Notes under the pieces: model-generated | The model's input: the letters and a program-made list of their open reading frames with translations, nothing else | Databases searched by the model: none | Told to the model about the DNA's origin: nothing | Part shown: positions 24,934 through 35,769 of the stretch, one piece after another | Numbering within the stretch: position 1 is the first letter of the stretch | Layout of the letters: each line of letters begins with the position of its first letter | Made by a program: the position numbers and the translations under genes | Source of the DNA: a virus | Taxonomy: Duplodnaviria > Caudoviricetes | Length of the DNA: 64,000 nucleotides | Reading direction: 5' to 3' (one strand) | Virus record (IMG/VR): IMGVR_UViG_3300028591_000212 | Location: 677-64,676 of that record

Positions 24934-25122
24934 TTAACTTCTGTCAAGCGTTTGTGCCATTTTTAATAAAGTTTCTACATCTTTCTTTAAGTATTCAACA
25001 GCAACCTTTAAGAAATAGTAGCCAGGTCTATTAGCGAATACATAATGAGCAAAACCCTTTTGGTCTTCAGTAAGTTCAGTGTTATTATCAATTTCATTCA
25101 TAATGGCTTTTAAGTTTAACAT
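24934..25122 (-). CDS. small protein family D, copy 1
   Basis: MLNLKAIMNEIDNNTELTEDQKGFA..., paralog of 26896..27090. Confidence 0.8.
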   Translation of the reverse strand: MLNLKAIMNEIDNNTELTEDQKGFAHYVFANRPGYYFLKVAVEYLKKDVETLLKMAQTLDRS

Positions 25123-25352
25123 TTTTATTACCTCTTTTCTTTTTACACCTTTATTATATATTGCCTATTTTAAAATGTCAAGAGGTTTTAGGAATTTCAC
25201 ATAATTTCACATATTTCAAAAAAGACTTGACAAAATTGCGTGGATGTGTTATAATGCGAATTTCGCGCCGGCGCCACTGACACCGGTGCGCCCGGGCGGG
25301 TACCGGTCAAAAAAAACCGGTGCCTTTTGGGCACCGGTACCAGTGCACTCAC

Positions 25353-25763
25353 TCAAGCCCAGAGGGTACTTGGGTTGAGTGCAAGTCCTTTGTAAGTGTT
25401 GCGGATTGGTTCGCTATCATCTACCAAAATCGCATTTTTAGAATTTTTTAAGTTTTTATTATTTCCGTATGGGAGATAAATTCTTTTTGTGAGTGATGGG
25501 AAATATTTATCAAGCCATTTATCTTTTACTTTTTCAACTCTCTTGCAATATTCACGAGTAGCATTTTTTGGTGTCATTGATAAGATTTTAATTTCGTATT
25601 TTTCTTTTGGGAAAGTTTCAAGTAAAGTTTTTTCAGAGATTAAAGGTTTAGCGTTCTCAAATGGTCTAGTATTTGAAGCCATTAAATCTTCAAGCCAATT
25701 TTTTTCGTTGTATAAGTCGGCGATAGTTCCGTCCATATCTAAGTAAACATTTGTTTTTTTCAT
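25353..25763 (-). CDS. HAD-family 5'(3')-deoxyribonucleotidase-like protein
   Basis: YLDMDGT motif I, K in motif III, ILVDD motif IV. Confidence 0.85.
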   Translation of the reverse strand: MKKTNVYLDMDGTIADLYNEKNWLEDLMASNTRPFENAKPLISEKTLLETFPKEKYEIKILSMTPKNATREYCKRVEKVKDKWLDKYFPSLTKRIYLPYGNNKNLKNSKNAILVDDSEPIRNTYKGLALNPSTLWA

Positions 25764-25858
25764 ATCTTATTACCTCTCTTTACACTATTATAATAACATA
25801 GTGTTTTTATTTTGTCAATACTTTTTTTAAAATTTTTTTATTTTTTTTTAACTCAAGG

Positions 25859-26542
25859 TTAGTTATTTTCTAACCTTGAGTTAGAGAAGAGCAATCTTCT
25901 CATTTTTTTGTGTTGTCTTAAACAAGCCAATAAAATTTCACTTTCGATTTTGGTATCTTCAAGACCTGTGTGGCTTTCTTTAAAATCTTCATTGTTTGTG
26001 ATGTATTTGTAAAGATTTTCAGCCGTTGCGGACTTGCGACCATTAGAAGTGTAATAATCATAAGTTTTATTTTTACAAATTGTATCACGAGCCATTTTCA
26101 TTGTATCATAGATTTTAATATCGTATGGGAAGAAATAAGCCTTATTTTCAAACAAATATTTAATAGTTGTAGCAAGTGAAGTGTAATCGAAGTAAGCGTT
26201 GTGAGCAGACACGATTTTACAATTACAATCTTTTAAATCTTCTCTAAAGATTTTCATAATTTCTTCAAATGATTTTCTAACACGAGTACCCTCTGCGATA
26301 TCTTTGAAGTATTGAGGAAGTTTATCGGCATAGTAGCAAGAAAGCATTTTTTTGTATTCGCCGAAGAAGATATCATCAACAACAAACGACCTTTCAAGAT
26401 AACAAGTACCCTTTTTATCAATGATACGATAACCGATATCATAGACAAGCATATTGTGTGGGTCTACCTTATCACTTGGAGTGATTGGGCAAGTTTCAGT
26501 ATCAAGTACGCAATAGTAAGTTTTTCTTAAATCTAATTTCAT
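25859..26542 (-). CDS. DEDDh 3'-5' exonuclease (DnaQ-like)
   Basis: ExoI LDTET, ExoII AHNAYFD, ExoIII HTGLED. Confidence 0.88.
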   Translation of the reverse strand: MKLDLRKTYYCVLDTETCPITPSDKVDPHNMLVYDIGYRIIDKKGTCYLERSFVVDDIFFGEYKKMLSCYYADKLPQYFKDIAEGTRVRKSFEEIMKIFREDLKDCNCKIVSAHNAYFDYTSLATTIKYLFENKAYFFPYDIKIYDTMKMARDTICKNKTYDYYTSNGRKSATAENLYKYITNNEDFKESHTGLEDTKIESEILLACLRQHKKMRRLLFSNSRLENN

Positions 26543-26895
26543 AATCTTTTAACCTCTTTTTCTTTACATTATTATAATAACATTTTTGTAAGTGATTGTC
26601 AACACTTTTTTGAAAATTTTTTATTTTTTTTTATTCAGTTTTCAAGGAGCAACTTGTAAGGCTTACCTTTACCTTACAATACTATTCTATCATATCTATT
26701 TTAAAAGTCAAGCACTTTTTAGCATTTCACATAATTTCACATAATTTAGCAAAAGGTACTTGTGAGTGCCAAAACAGGAAAAAAGGTACTTGCCCTTGCG
26801 AGCCAGTGCCCTTTTAAAAAATTACCGGTACCGGTACCCAACAAAAAAACGCGCCTGATGCCCTGTGGGCGGCGCGCCGGAGGGCATAAGCCCTC

Positions 26896-27090
26896 TTACA
26901 GTTTTATTATATCACTATTGGTAGCAAAAGTCAAGAGAATTTTAACATCTTTTTTCAAAAGTTTTGCCGCAACATCTAAGAAGTACTCACTAGAACGTCT
27001 AGAGAATACAAATTGAGCGAAGCCCTTTTCATTTTCAGTGAGTTCAGTATTAGCATTAATTTCATTCATAACTTTTCTTAAATCTAACAT
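26896..27090 (-). CDS. small protein family D, copy 2
   Basis: MLDLRKVMNEINANTELTENEKGFA... Confidence 0.8.
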   Translation of the reverse strand: MLDLRKVMNEINANTELTENEKGFAQFVFSRRSSEYFLDVAAKLLKKDVKILLTFATNSDIIKL

Positions 27091-27368
27091 TTTAATTACC
27101 TCTCTTTACACTTTTATTATACTACTTTTGGTTTTTTTGTCAATAGTTTTTTAAAAAATTTTTTTTCATTTCTTCATATTGTTTGAATGTGACTTCTTTT
27201 ATAATTGAATTATCATTACGTTCTTTTAAATAATTTTTAGCACGATTTAAATCTTTAAATCTTCCAACAATTTCATCAAATTCATTTATTACCAAGTACA
27301 ACATTTTTATTTACCTCTTTTACAACTTTATTTTATCATAGGACTTGGCTTTTGTCAAGCCCTATTTT

Positions 27369-27623
27369 TTAATATTCATCTAATTTTACTTCACTATCTA
27401 ATATAGCTTGAATTGTTTCTGTTGCCGTATTTATATCATAAGCAGAGAATATATCACCAGTAGATTTGTTTTGTAATAATACTTCAAAATCTTGTTCATC
27501 ATTAATGTTTTCCATTTTATTAGCGATTGCATTAATAATTTTATTCGCTTGTTCTAAAGTTGCAATTTCTTCTTTAGTTAATTCATATTGTTTTATTATA
27601 ACTCTTTCAACATTTAATGTCAT
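27369..27623 (-). CDS. hypothetical protein (family shared with 24347..24598)
   Basis: 84-aa ORF, GAGAGGT SD. Confidence 0.75.
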   Translation of the reverse strand: MTLNVERVIIKQYELTKEEIATLEQANKIINAIANKMENINDEQDFEVLLQNKSTGDIFSAYDINTATETIQAILDSEVKLDEY

Positions 27624-28037
27624 ATTTTTTTACCTCTCTTTACATTTTTATTATATCATGTTTAAAATTTTTGTCAAGTATTTTTTTAAAATATTTTTAT
27701 TTTAATCTTACTTCATAGTCATTTACTTTTTCAACTTTAAGAATTTCTTCATCGTGGTCACTATACCATCTATCTTCTTCAGTATTAAGTCTATAAACAT
27801 CAGCATCTTGTGGCATCTTTTTTAATTCTTCAATCAACTCTTTAACAGTCATATTTTTATACCTCTTTTTACATTATTATAATAACATATTTGTATAGGT
27901 TTGTCAACACTTTTTAGGAAAAAAAATAAAAAATTTTTTTTGCAAAAAACTCTTGACAAAATTGTGGTCTTATGATATAATGCGCGATTCGGCGCGCCAG
28001 ACCCGACGCCGCGCCGCCGAAAAAAAGGGTACTTGAT

Positions 28038-28226
28038 TTAGTCCCCTTCGTACTTGCCCCAGTTGACAAGTACCCAAGTGTTAAAAGCAAGTACCCCTAT
28101 TATTGCGACCAGTACCGGTGCAAAGGATAGAGAGAAGTCGACAAGCATGCACAAGAACCCAACACCACAGAAAGTAATAAGTTCTAATATAGTTTGAATA
28201 GATTTTCTTAAATGTCTTTGTTTCAT
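28038..28226 (-). CDS. small two-helix membrane protein
   Basis: 62 aa, hydrophobic, AGAGGT SD. Confidence 0.7.
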   Translation of the reverse strand: MKQRHLRKSIQTILELITFCGVGFLCMLVDFSLSFAPVLVAIIGVLAFNTWVLVNWGKYEGD

Positions 28227-28738
28227 ATGTTTTACCTCTTTACATTATTATAATAACATAAAGGCTTAGTCTTGTCAAGCCTTTATTACTTATTTGTAAT
28301 ATTATTTTTACTTATTGCAATTAATAATATAATCATTGATATAATTGAATATAAAGTTGAATTCATATTATTTACCTCTTTTAATCTACAACAATTAAGT
28401 TGTCAGTAAGTTTATTATATACATATTGTTTACCATTATATCTAAAGCCAATATACTTATCACTTTCAGTATAAGTAATTAAACCTTTAATATTTAACTT
28501 TTCACATAACATTTCAATTGTCATAACTCTTTACCTCTCTTTACATTATTAGTATAACATGTTTGTGTTATCTTGTCAACACCTTTTTACAACAAAGTTA
28601 CACAAAGTAATAAGTTTGTAAGTATAGTGTTGTCTTGTTAAGCGATGAAGCATCAACACTTATACACCATAGCACAACAACCTTTCTACCTTTTACAATA
28701 TTATAATATCATATAATAATATATTTGTCAATACCTTT

Positions 28739-29026
28739 TTATATTTTTTCAAATACATTATTATTGTAATAGTCTTCATTAAGTATGTACTTGCCACGAC
28801 CAACACGCACCAAGGCGCCACAAGAGTATACATAGTTAAAGTGTATACTAACAAAGTTCTTGTTATGTCTTAAACATTTATTGTTTAATTCTTCTTCAGT
28901 AAATAAATAGTTGTATGTCTCTCTTATGTGTGCATTAAGCAAAGCCCTAAAGCCTAGACGGTCAAAGGTCTCTTCGTGTAATGCGTCCCATACTATTTGT
29001 AATTTATACTTCTTAATATCTAACAT
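28739..29026 (-). CDS. hypothetical protein, possible wHTH-like fold
   Basis: 95 aa, LVRVGRGKYIL wing-like end. Confidence 0.7.
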   Translation of the reverse strand: MLDIKKYKLQIVWDALHEETFDRLGFRALLNAHIRETYNYLFTEEELNNKCLRHNKNFVSIHFNYVYSCGALVRVGRGKYILNEDYYNNNVFEKI

Positions 29027-29464
29027 ACTATATTACCTCTTTACAATATTATAATATCACACTCTATTGGTTTTGTCAACACCTTTTTACAAAAAAATAA
29101 AAAAGCTTCACGTCGATGTAAAGCTTTTATTTTATATAACATAGCATGGGTACTCGCACCAGTACCGGTACCCCAGAAGGTCTGGTACCCAACCCATATG
29201 GCATGGCTTTAGTAGTTTTCGGAAAAAATAAAAAAATAAAAATTTTTTGCTTTTACGCAGAAAAATTACTAAAGCCTTTCGCAAGCAAAAGCCGCTGCGT
29301 CGCACCCCTTGACGCAGCGATGTTTAGGGCGTTGTTAAAGGCGTCCCGAGGTGTTGCGATGATGCTCTCTTAAAAAATCTCTGTATAGGGGGATACATTT
29401 TGGGAGATTTTCTGGATTGTATTTAAAAAAAAGTTTTTCGTGGTACTTAGTCCCGCCCCAAGTT

Positions 29465-29596
29465 TTAATACTTCAGCGTATCATCTTCGTCCACCAAAAT
29501 ATCCGTTAGCATTAACTCTAACGTGCTTCCCAGCACTAGTACCGGTCCGCCCAATAGGCAGATTAAAAGTACTAATACCTTCTCTCATGGTGTCAA
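29465..29596 (-). CDS. possible small membrane protein (TGA=Trp at 29585-29587)
   Basis: TTG start, MTP[W]EKVLVLLICLLGGPVLVLGSTLELMLTDILVDEDDTLKY; weak SD. Confidence 0.35.
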
Positions 29597-29751
29597 TTGT
29601 CTATTACACAACTCTAGCCTAGTCACCAGTGTAGCTAGAGATAATATCATTCATAAAAGCGCGACTATCCAGCTCATACCTATACTATACGTCTTTTATT
29701 AGGATTTTGTCAAATTTGACTTTTTGCCCAGTAATAATGTATAGTATAAGT

Positions 29752-30834
29752 ATGAAATTAGACTATACTCTAAAAACTTTAGAAGAGCGTAAAGCTCTAG
29801 TAGAAAAAATCTTAGAGGAAGACCCTCATCCAAACCAAAAGTATTTAGAGATTCTTTCAGATTATTTGATTTTCTGTATGACAGACGAAGAAAAAGATAA
29901 AAAAGAAATCCTTACTACCAATCGTCTATCTACAGTGAATAAGCGAGAGACCTCTTATGAAGGGCTGGTAGACCAATTTGAAAATGGCGAGGATGGTGTC
30001 TATAACCTCATTAACAACGACAAATATATTATCTTCAGGCCTAAAAATCGCATTACCGAACAAGACCTAGAAGAGATACCCGAATTAAGGGAACAGCAGA
30101 AAACAATCGCATTCTGGGAGGAAGCAGTAAAAAAATGCGAGGGACGAGATAAGTTTATAGCCAAGTCCGCCCTCATCGAAGCGAGAAGAGAGCAATACAC
30201 AATCCGCAGCTTCAAAAAGCCAATCACCGGAATGTCGAACAAAGCCAATATGGCAAAATTCCCATACCATATTTCATTAGATGAAAACATCACATTTGAT
30301 GAAGATGGTTATTGTGTTCCTCATGGTGTTTCGCTCATCGACCCCGCAGTATGCTGCGCCATTATGTGCAATTACACCACTCTAACGCAAGCAACCCAAG
30401 GCGCAATGGATACCGACCTTTACTATCTCTTGGAAGAATTTAAAGACGTATCTAAAAGAGCACTTGCCGACTATCCTGTATATCAACTTATTATGAAAGA
30501 TAAAATAGCTGAAATGCAAAACATAGATATTCAGCAAGATTTAATGTCTACTTTTGGTGTATGCCATTCTTTAGAATATATTTCATCTTTATGGCGTAAA
30601 AAAATCCCAGCCATTATTGCCTCAAAAGCAGAAGATGATTATTTGGAATGATACTATACAGAAAAAGAATATGGCCATTGAAAAAAATGCTCTAAGTGCG
30701 GTAAAGTTAAACTTGCCCACAATAAGTATTTCTCAAAAAACTCAACTTCTAAAGATGGCTTTTATTCAATATGTAAAGAGTGCCGAAACGCCAAAACTAA
30801 GGAAAAAAACACTGCGTTGGACAAAAAAAGATAG
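29752..30834 (+). CDS. conserved packaging-region protein with C-terminal Zn finger (TGA=Trp at 30649 and 30679)
   Basis: Read-through gives DYLE[W]YYTEKEYGH[W]KKCSKCGKVKLAHNKYFSKNSTSKDGFYSICKECRN; ends TAG 30834. Confidence 0.8.
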
Positions 30835-30876
30835 CCTAGCTCGTTTTCTTTTGGTGTTTTAATACAGGAGGAAGTA

Positions 30877-32037
30877 ATGGAAGATAAATATTATTATTGC
30901 GAAAAATGTCATAGAACCTTAAAAGGTGATTCTTTCTATACTTCAAATGACTTTAAAAAATATCCAAACGATGGTAAACTTAATCTTTGCAAAGATTGTC
31001 TTACTATGCACGTGGATAATTGAGACCCAGAAACTTTTAAATGGATTTTACAAGAAGTAGATGTTCCTTATATTCCAGACGAATGGAATAAACTTCTTAC
31101 TAAATATGCAAATCGTCCAGAAAAAATTACAGGAGCAACAATTTTAGGCAGATACCTGTCTAAAATGCGTTGCGCTCAATATAAAAATTGAAGATGGAAA
31201 GATAATGAATTTATTCAAGAAATGGCTGATAACAAAGTGCGCCAGACTATGGAGCGTCAAGGTTATGAAGAAGCCCAAATCCAAAAGGCTTTACTCGAAG
31301 GGCATATTCCTGCGCCAGAAAAACCTCAGCTTGAATGGGAGACCCCTACACCAACTTCTAATTTTGTAGAAGAAGAATCACAAGATGATATAGAATTAAC
31401 CGATGAAGATAGACGATACTTACGTCTCAAATGGGGTAAAACTTACCGTCCAGAGGAATGGGTTCAACTTGAACAATTATATAATGATATGCTTGCGTCT
31501 TATGATATTCAGACAGCCGGACATAAAGATACTTTAAAAATGCTTTGTAAAACTTCTCTTAAAGCTAATCAACTTTTAGATTTAGGAGATGTAGATGGAT
31601 ATCAAAAAATGCAGAAAGCATATGATTCTTTAATGAAATCTGGAAAATTTACTGCCGTACAGAATAAAACTGAAAGTGGTGATTTTGTAGATTCTATAGC
31701 AGAGATTGTGGCAATCTGCGAAAAAGATGGTTTTATACCAAGATATTATGTAGAAGAACCAAAAGACAAAGTTGATAGAGTTTTACAAGACCTTCAAGCT
31801 TATACTCGTTCTTTAATCATGGATGAAATGAATTTGGGCGCTTTGATTGAGGGTGCTGTCAAATCTATTGAGGCCGATAAAGAAAAAGAAAATCGCCCTG
31901 ACGTCGATGATGAAGAAGCAAGTGAGGATTTTGAAGATAAGTTATTTGAAAACTTGGATAATCCAGACTATGTAGAAAATGAAGATTATGAAGAATTTAA
32001 TGAATTTTTAGATGCGCAAGAGGAGGCTGATAACTAA
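30877..32037 (+). CDS. CxxC protein upstream of TerL, candidate terminase small subunit (TGA=Trp at 31021 and 31189)
   Basis: AGGAGG SD, ATG 30877 in frame with ORF 31222..32037; CEKC...CKDC; stop overlaps the terL start. Confidence 0.72.
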
Positions 32038-33776
32038 TGGCTCTTCAAGAACTATTAGATTTAAATTCTTCTCATCAAAAGAAACTCGGTATATCAGAAG
32101 AGCGTCTTAATGAAATTAAGCCAGCTCTTCGACAGTATATCGCTTTTTGGCGTGAATACCCAGATATGTTTATTGATTTTTTACAAGATGGGGGAGATTC
32201 TAGCCGTAAAAAGGAATTAAATTTTTATTTTTATCAAAGAGTATTCTTGCGCGTGGCCATGCGTTATAAATATGTATATATGGTATTCCCACGTGCTTAT
32301 TCTAAATCTTTTTTATCTACTTTAGTTTTAATGTGCCGTTGTATTTTATATCCAAGATGTAAATTATTTGTTACCTCTGGAGGTAAAGAGCAATCAGCAC
32401 AAATTGTAAAAGAAAAAGTAAGTGAGCTTTGTACTTTAGTCCCCGCCTTAAATCGTGAGCTTGACCGCAGACCTGGCAAAACTCGTGAAGGTAAAGACTA
32501 TGTAAAATACGTTTTTAAAAATGGCTCTTATTTTGATAATGTTGCCGCTTCAGAACGTTCAAGAGGTCTTCGTCGTCAAGGTGGATTAATAGAAGAGTGC
32601 GTTGGCGTTGATGGCGATATTTTATCAACTGTCATTTTACCAATGATGAACGTATCTCGTAGATGTATGGATGGTACAACTCAAAAAGACGAGACCCTAA
32701 ATAAATCTCAAATTTATGTTACAACAGCTGGCTTCAAGGGTACTTTTAGTTACAAGAAATTAATTCAATTACTTGTGTGGATGGTTACCGAGCCAGAAAA
32801 AGCTTTTATCATGGGTGGAACATATCGTATTCCTGTTTTAGCAGGATTGCTCGACCAAGACTTCGTATCAGACCTTAAAAAAGATGATACTTTCAATGAA
32901 ATATCATTTGGTAGAGAATATGAATCTAAGTGGGCCGGCAGCTCCGATAAAGCTTTCTTTGATGGAGATGCGTTTGACCGCAATCGTATTCTTCAAAAAC
33001 CAGAATACGAAGAAAGTGGGCGCAATAGTACTTCTTGTTATTATGTAATCGCAGTCGATGTAGGACGTAAAGGATGCGCAACTGTAGCAGAAGTATTTAA
33101 AGTAATTCCTAGCTTTTTGGGAGATAGTCAAAAGAGTTTAGTTGGAATATTTGAATATGACGATGAACATTTTGAAGACCAAGCTATAAAACTTAAAACC
33201 TTATATTATAAGTATAATGCAAAAAAATTAATAATTGATGGCAATGGCTTAGGTATTGGCTTAATAGATTACATGGTAAAGCCGCAGGTTGATGTTGCCT
33301 CTGGGGCAAACTATCCAGACTTTGGTATAGACAATGATGATGAAGGTTTTTACAAAGCATTTAAAACTCCATACACTGAGCAAAATGCTATTTATATAAT
33401 GAAAGCGAATGCACCGATAAATTCAGAAGCTTATGCTAACGCACAAGTTCAATTATCTTCAGGCCATTTAAAGCTTTTAATAGATGAGCGTACTGCCAAA
33501 ACTAAACTTTTAGGTACTAAAATGGGGGCAAAAATGCTGCCAGAAGAAAGGGCAATGTATCTAAAACCTTACACCCTAACTTCTATACTTAAAGAAGAGT
33601 TAATGAACCTTCATGAAGAAAATGAAGGCATGAATATTATTTTAAAACAGTCGAATAAAGGTATTAGAAAAGATAAAGTTTCTGCCTTGATTTATGGACT
33701 TTATTATATTAAATTAACAGACAGCAAAAAGAAACATAAAAAGTTTAAAGCGTCTGATTGAGTTTTTATGAATTAA
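32037..33776 (+). CDS. terL: terminase large subunit (TGA=Trp at 33759)
   Basis: Walker A-like PRAYSKS, RGLRR..GLIEE, YVTTAG, nuclease AVDVGR, IIDGNGLG, KDKVSA; true end KASD[W]VFMN-TAA. Confidence 0.92.
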
Positions 33777-33786
33777 AGGAGAACAC

Positions 33787-34143
33787 GTGAGAGCATCGAG
33801 AATGGAAATATGCGTTGAAGAAATTCTTCAAGCAAATGATATAGTATTTAAAGAAGAATATAGCATAGAAGGACTTAATAGCTCTAACGGCAGACCTTTA
33901 AGATTTGATTTTGCGGTTTTTAATGATGATGGAAATATTGACTTCTTTATAGAATGTCAAGGCCGTCAACATTATGAGCCAGTAGGAAAATACGGCGGTA
34001 AAAAAGGTTTTTATCAACAGCAATTCAACGATAATAAAAAACGTAGATATTGCGCCATGCATGGTATTCCATTAGTTGAAATACCATATACAGATGAAGG
34101 CACAATAACCTATGATTATATTATGGAGAAAGCTGGCTATTAG
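33787..34143 (+). CDS. PD-(D/E)xK endonuclease-like protein (DUF2726/Vsr-like)
   Basis: LRFDFAV...IECQGRQH...DNKKRRYC..GIPLVEI. Confidence 0.78.
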   Translation: MRASRMEICVEEILQANDIVFKEEYSIEGLNSSNGRPLRFDFAVFNDDGNIDFFIECQGRQHYEPVGKYGGKKGFYQQQFNDNKKRRYCAMHGIPLVEIPYTDEGTITYDYIMEKAGY

Positions 34144-34151
34144 GAGGATGT

Positions 34152-35756
34152 ATGGAAGAAAATAAAAATTTAAAACAAGAAAACATCCACGAAAAAGGCT
34201 TCGAGCTTTATAACAAAATTAAAGTAGGTAAGAAAACTTTAACTGACGCTATTGCCGATTTGGAAAATATCAAATGCGGCACATATGAAAGATATGGGCG
34301 TCCAGAATTTGTAAGAAAGAGCGAAATTTTAAGAGCTTTAGCTGAAAACGATGGCGAAAAAATTCGTGCTATTTCTAACTATTTTTATAGAACAAATGGT
34401 ATATACCAAAAGGTATGTAATTATATAGCTACTTTATATAGATATGATTGGTATGTAGTTCCAGAAATATATAAAGATGTAGAAGAACTAAATACAGAAA
34501 AGATTATAAATGAATTTAGTAAAGTATTAAATTATTTAGATAATACTTATATTACTAAATTGTGCGGCGAGTTAGCTTTAAAGGTAATTCTTAATGGCTG
34601 TTATTATGGTTATATTATAAAAACTAAAACCGGCTTATCAATTCAAGAATTACCAATAAAATACTGTCGTGTAAGATATTTTGTCGGCAATAAACCAGCA
34701 GTAGAATTTAATATGTCATATTTTGATGCTAAATTCCCTGACCCAAAATATCGTATGAAAGTCTTAAAGTTATTCCCAAAAGAATTTGCGGAAGGCTATG
34801 TATTATATAAACAAGGTAAATTAGAGCCGGAATATATTGGTAGTGATTTTATTGCCGGAGGTTGGTATTTACTTGACCCAGACAGTACAATCAGATTTAC
34901 ATTATCTCCAAGTGGGGCAGGCCTACCTTTATTTATAAATGCTATTCCATCTCTTTTAGACCTAGATGAAATGCAAGGTATTAATCGTCGTAAGCAATTA
35001 CAGAACTTAGCAAAGATTATAGTTCAAAAATTACCTATGGATAAAAATGGCGATTTAATCTTTGACGTAGATGAAGCAGCAGATATACATGAAAATGCTG
35101 TTAAAATGTTAAGTCAGATTGTTGGTGCAGATGTACTGACCACATTTACTGACGTAGACGATATTGACCTATCTGATACTTCTAACGTTTCAGATAATAG
35201 CCTTGAAAATTCAGAACGTGGTGTTTATAATGCATTAGGCGTTACTAAGAATTTATTTAACTCAGATGGTAATTTATCTACTGAAAAATCAATTCAAACA
35301 GATGCCGGAGCCATTAGAGGATTATTACTTCAATTTGAAGTTTTCTTTAATGAAGCTATACAACATTTAAACGCTAGTCCTAAAAAATATAAATTCAAAT
35401 TCTATATGTTAGAAACTACACAGTATAACTATATGGAATTATCTAAAATGTACAAAGAGCAAGTACAAATTGGTTACTCAAAGATGTTGCCTCAAATTGC
35501 TATGGGACATTCTCAAAGTTCTATACTTAATGCGGCTTACTTTGAAAACGATATACTTGGTTTGAGTAATATTATGATACCACCACTAATGTCTAGCGTT
35601 ATGAACGCGGATACTATTGCGGCAGTGGGTAAAAAAGGTAAAACACAAGACGCTGACGCTCAGAAAAATGTAGAAGGAGGCCAAGTTGGTCGTCCTGAAA
35701 AAGCTGAAAGCGAAAAGAGCGATAAAACTATCGCTAATGAAGAATCGCAAAAATAG
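34152..35756 (+). CDS. portal protein
   Basis: 534 aa, directly after terL; C-terminal GRP..K motif typical of portals. Confidence 0.82.
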   Translation: MEENKNLKQENIHEKGFELYNKIKVGKKTLTDAIADLENIKCGTYERYGRPEFVRKSEILRALAENDGEKIRAISNYFYRTNGIYQKVCNYIATLYRYDWYVVPEIYKDVEELNTEKIINEFSKVLNYLDNTYITKLCGELALKVILNGCYYGYIIKTKTGLSIQELPIKYCRVRYFVGNKPAVEFNMSYFDAKFPDPKYRMKVLKLFPKEFAEGYVLYKQGKLEPEYIGSDFIAGGWYLLDPDSTIRFTLSPSGAGLPLFINAIPSLLDLDEMQGINRRKQLQNLAKIIVQKLPMDKNGDLIFDVDEAADIHENAVKMLSQIVGADVLTTFTDVDDIDLSDTSNVSDNSLENSERGVYNALGVTKNLFNSDGNLSTEKSIQTDAGAIRGLLLQFEVFFNEAIQHLNASPKKYKFKFYMLETTQYNYMELSKMYKEQVQIGYSKMLPQIAMGHSQSSILNAAYFENDILGLSNIMIPPLMSSVMNADTIAAVGKKGKTQDADAQKNVEGGQVGRPEKAESEKSDKTIANEESQK

Positions 35757-35769
35757 GGAGGATTATTAA

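Larger units (their letters stand above)
17093..29078 (-). promoter_or_regulatory. dense array of leftward sigma70-type promoters, about one per gene, each before a small ORF (several <60 aa not listed)
   Basis: Recurrent TTGACA-N17-TATWAT, often with extended -10 TG, followed by AATGTAAAGAGAGGTAA leader/SD (e.g. 22525-22568, 23097-23141, 24606-24654, 25775-25819, 27635-27677, 29036-29078). Confidence 0.85.
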
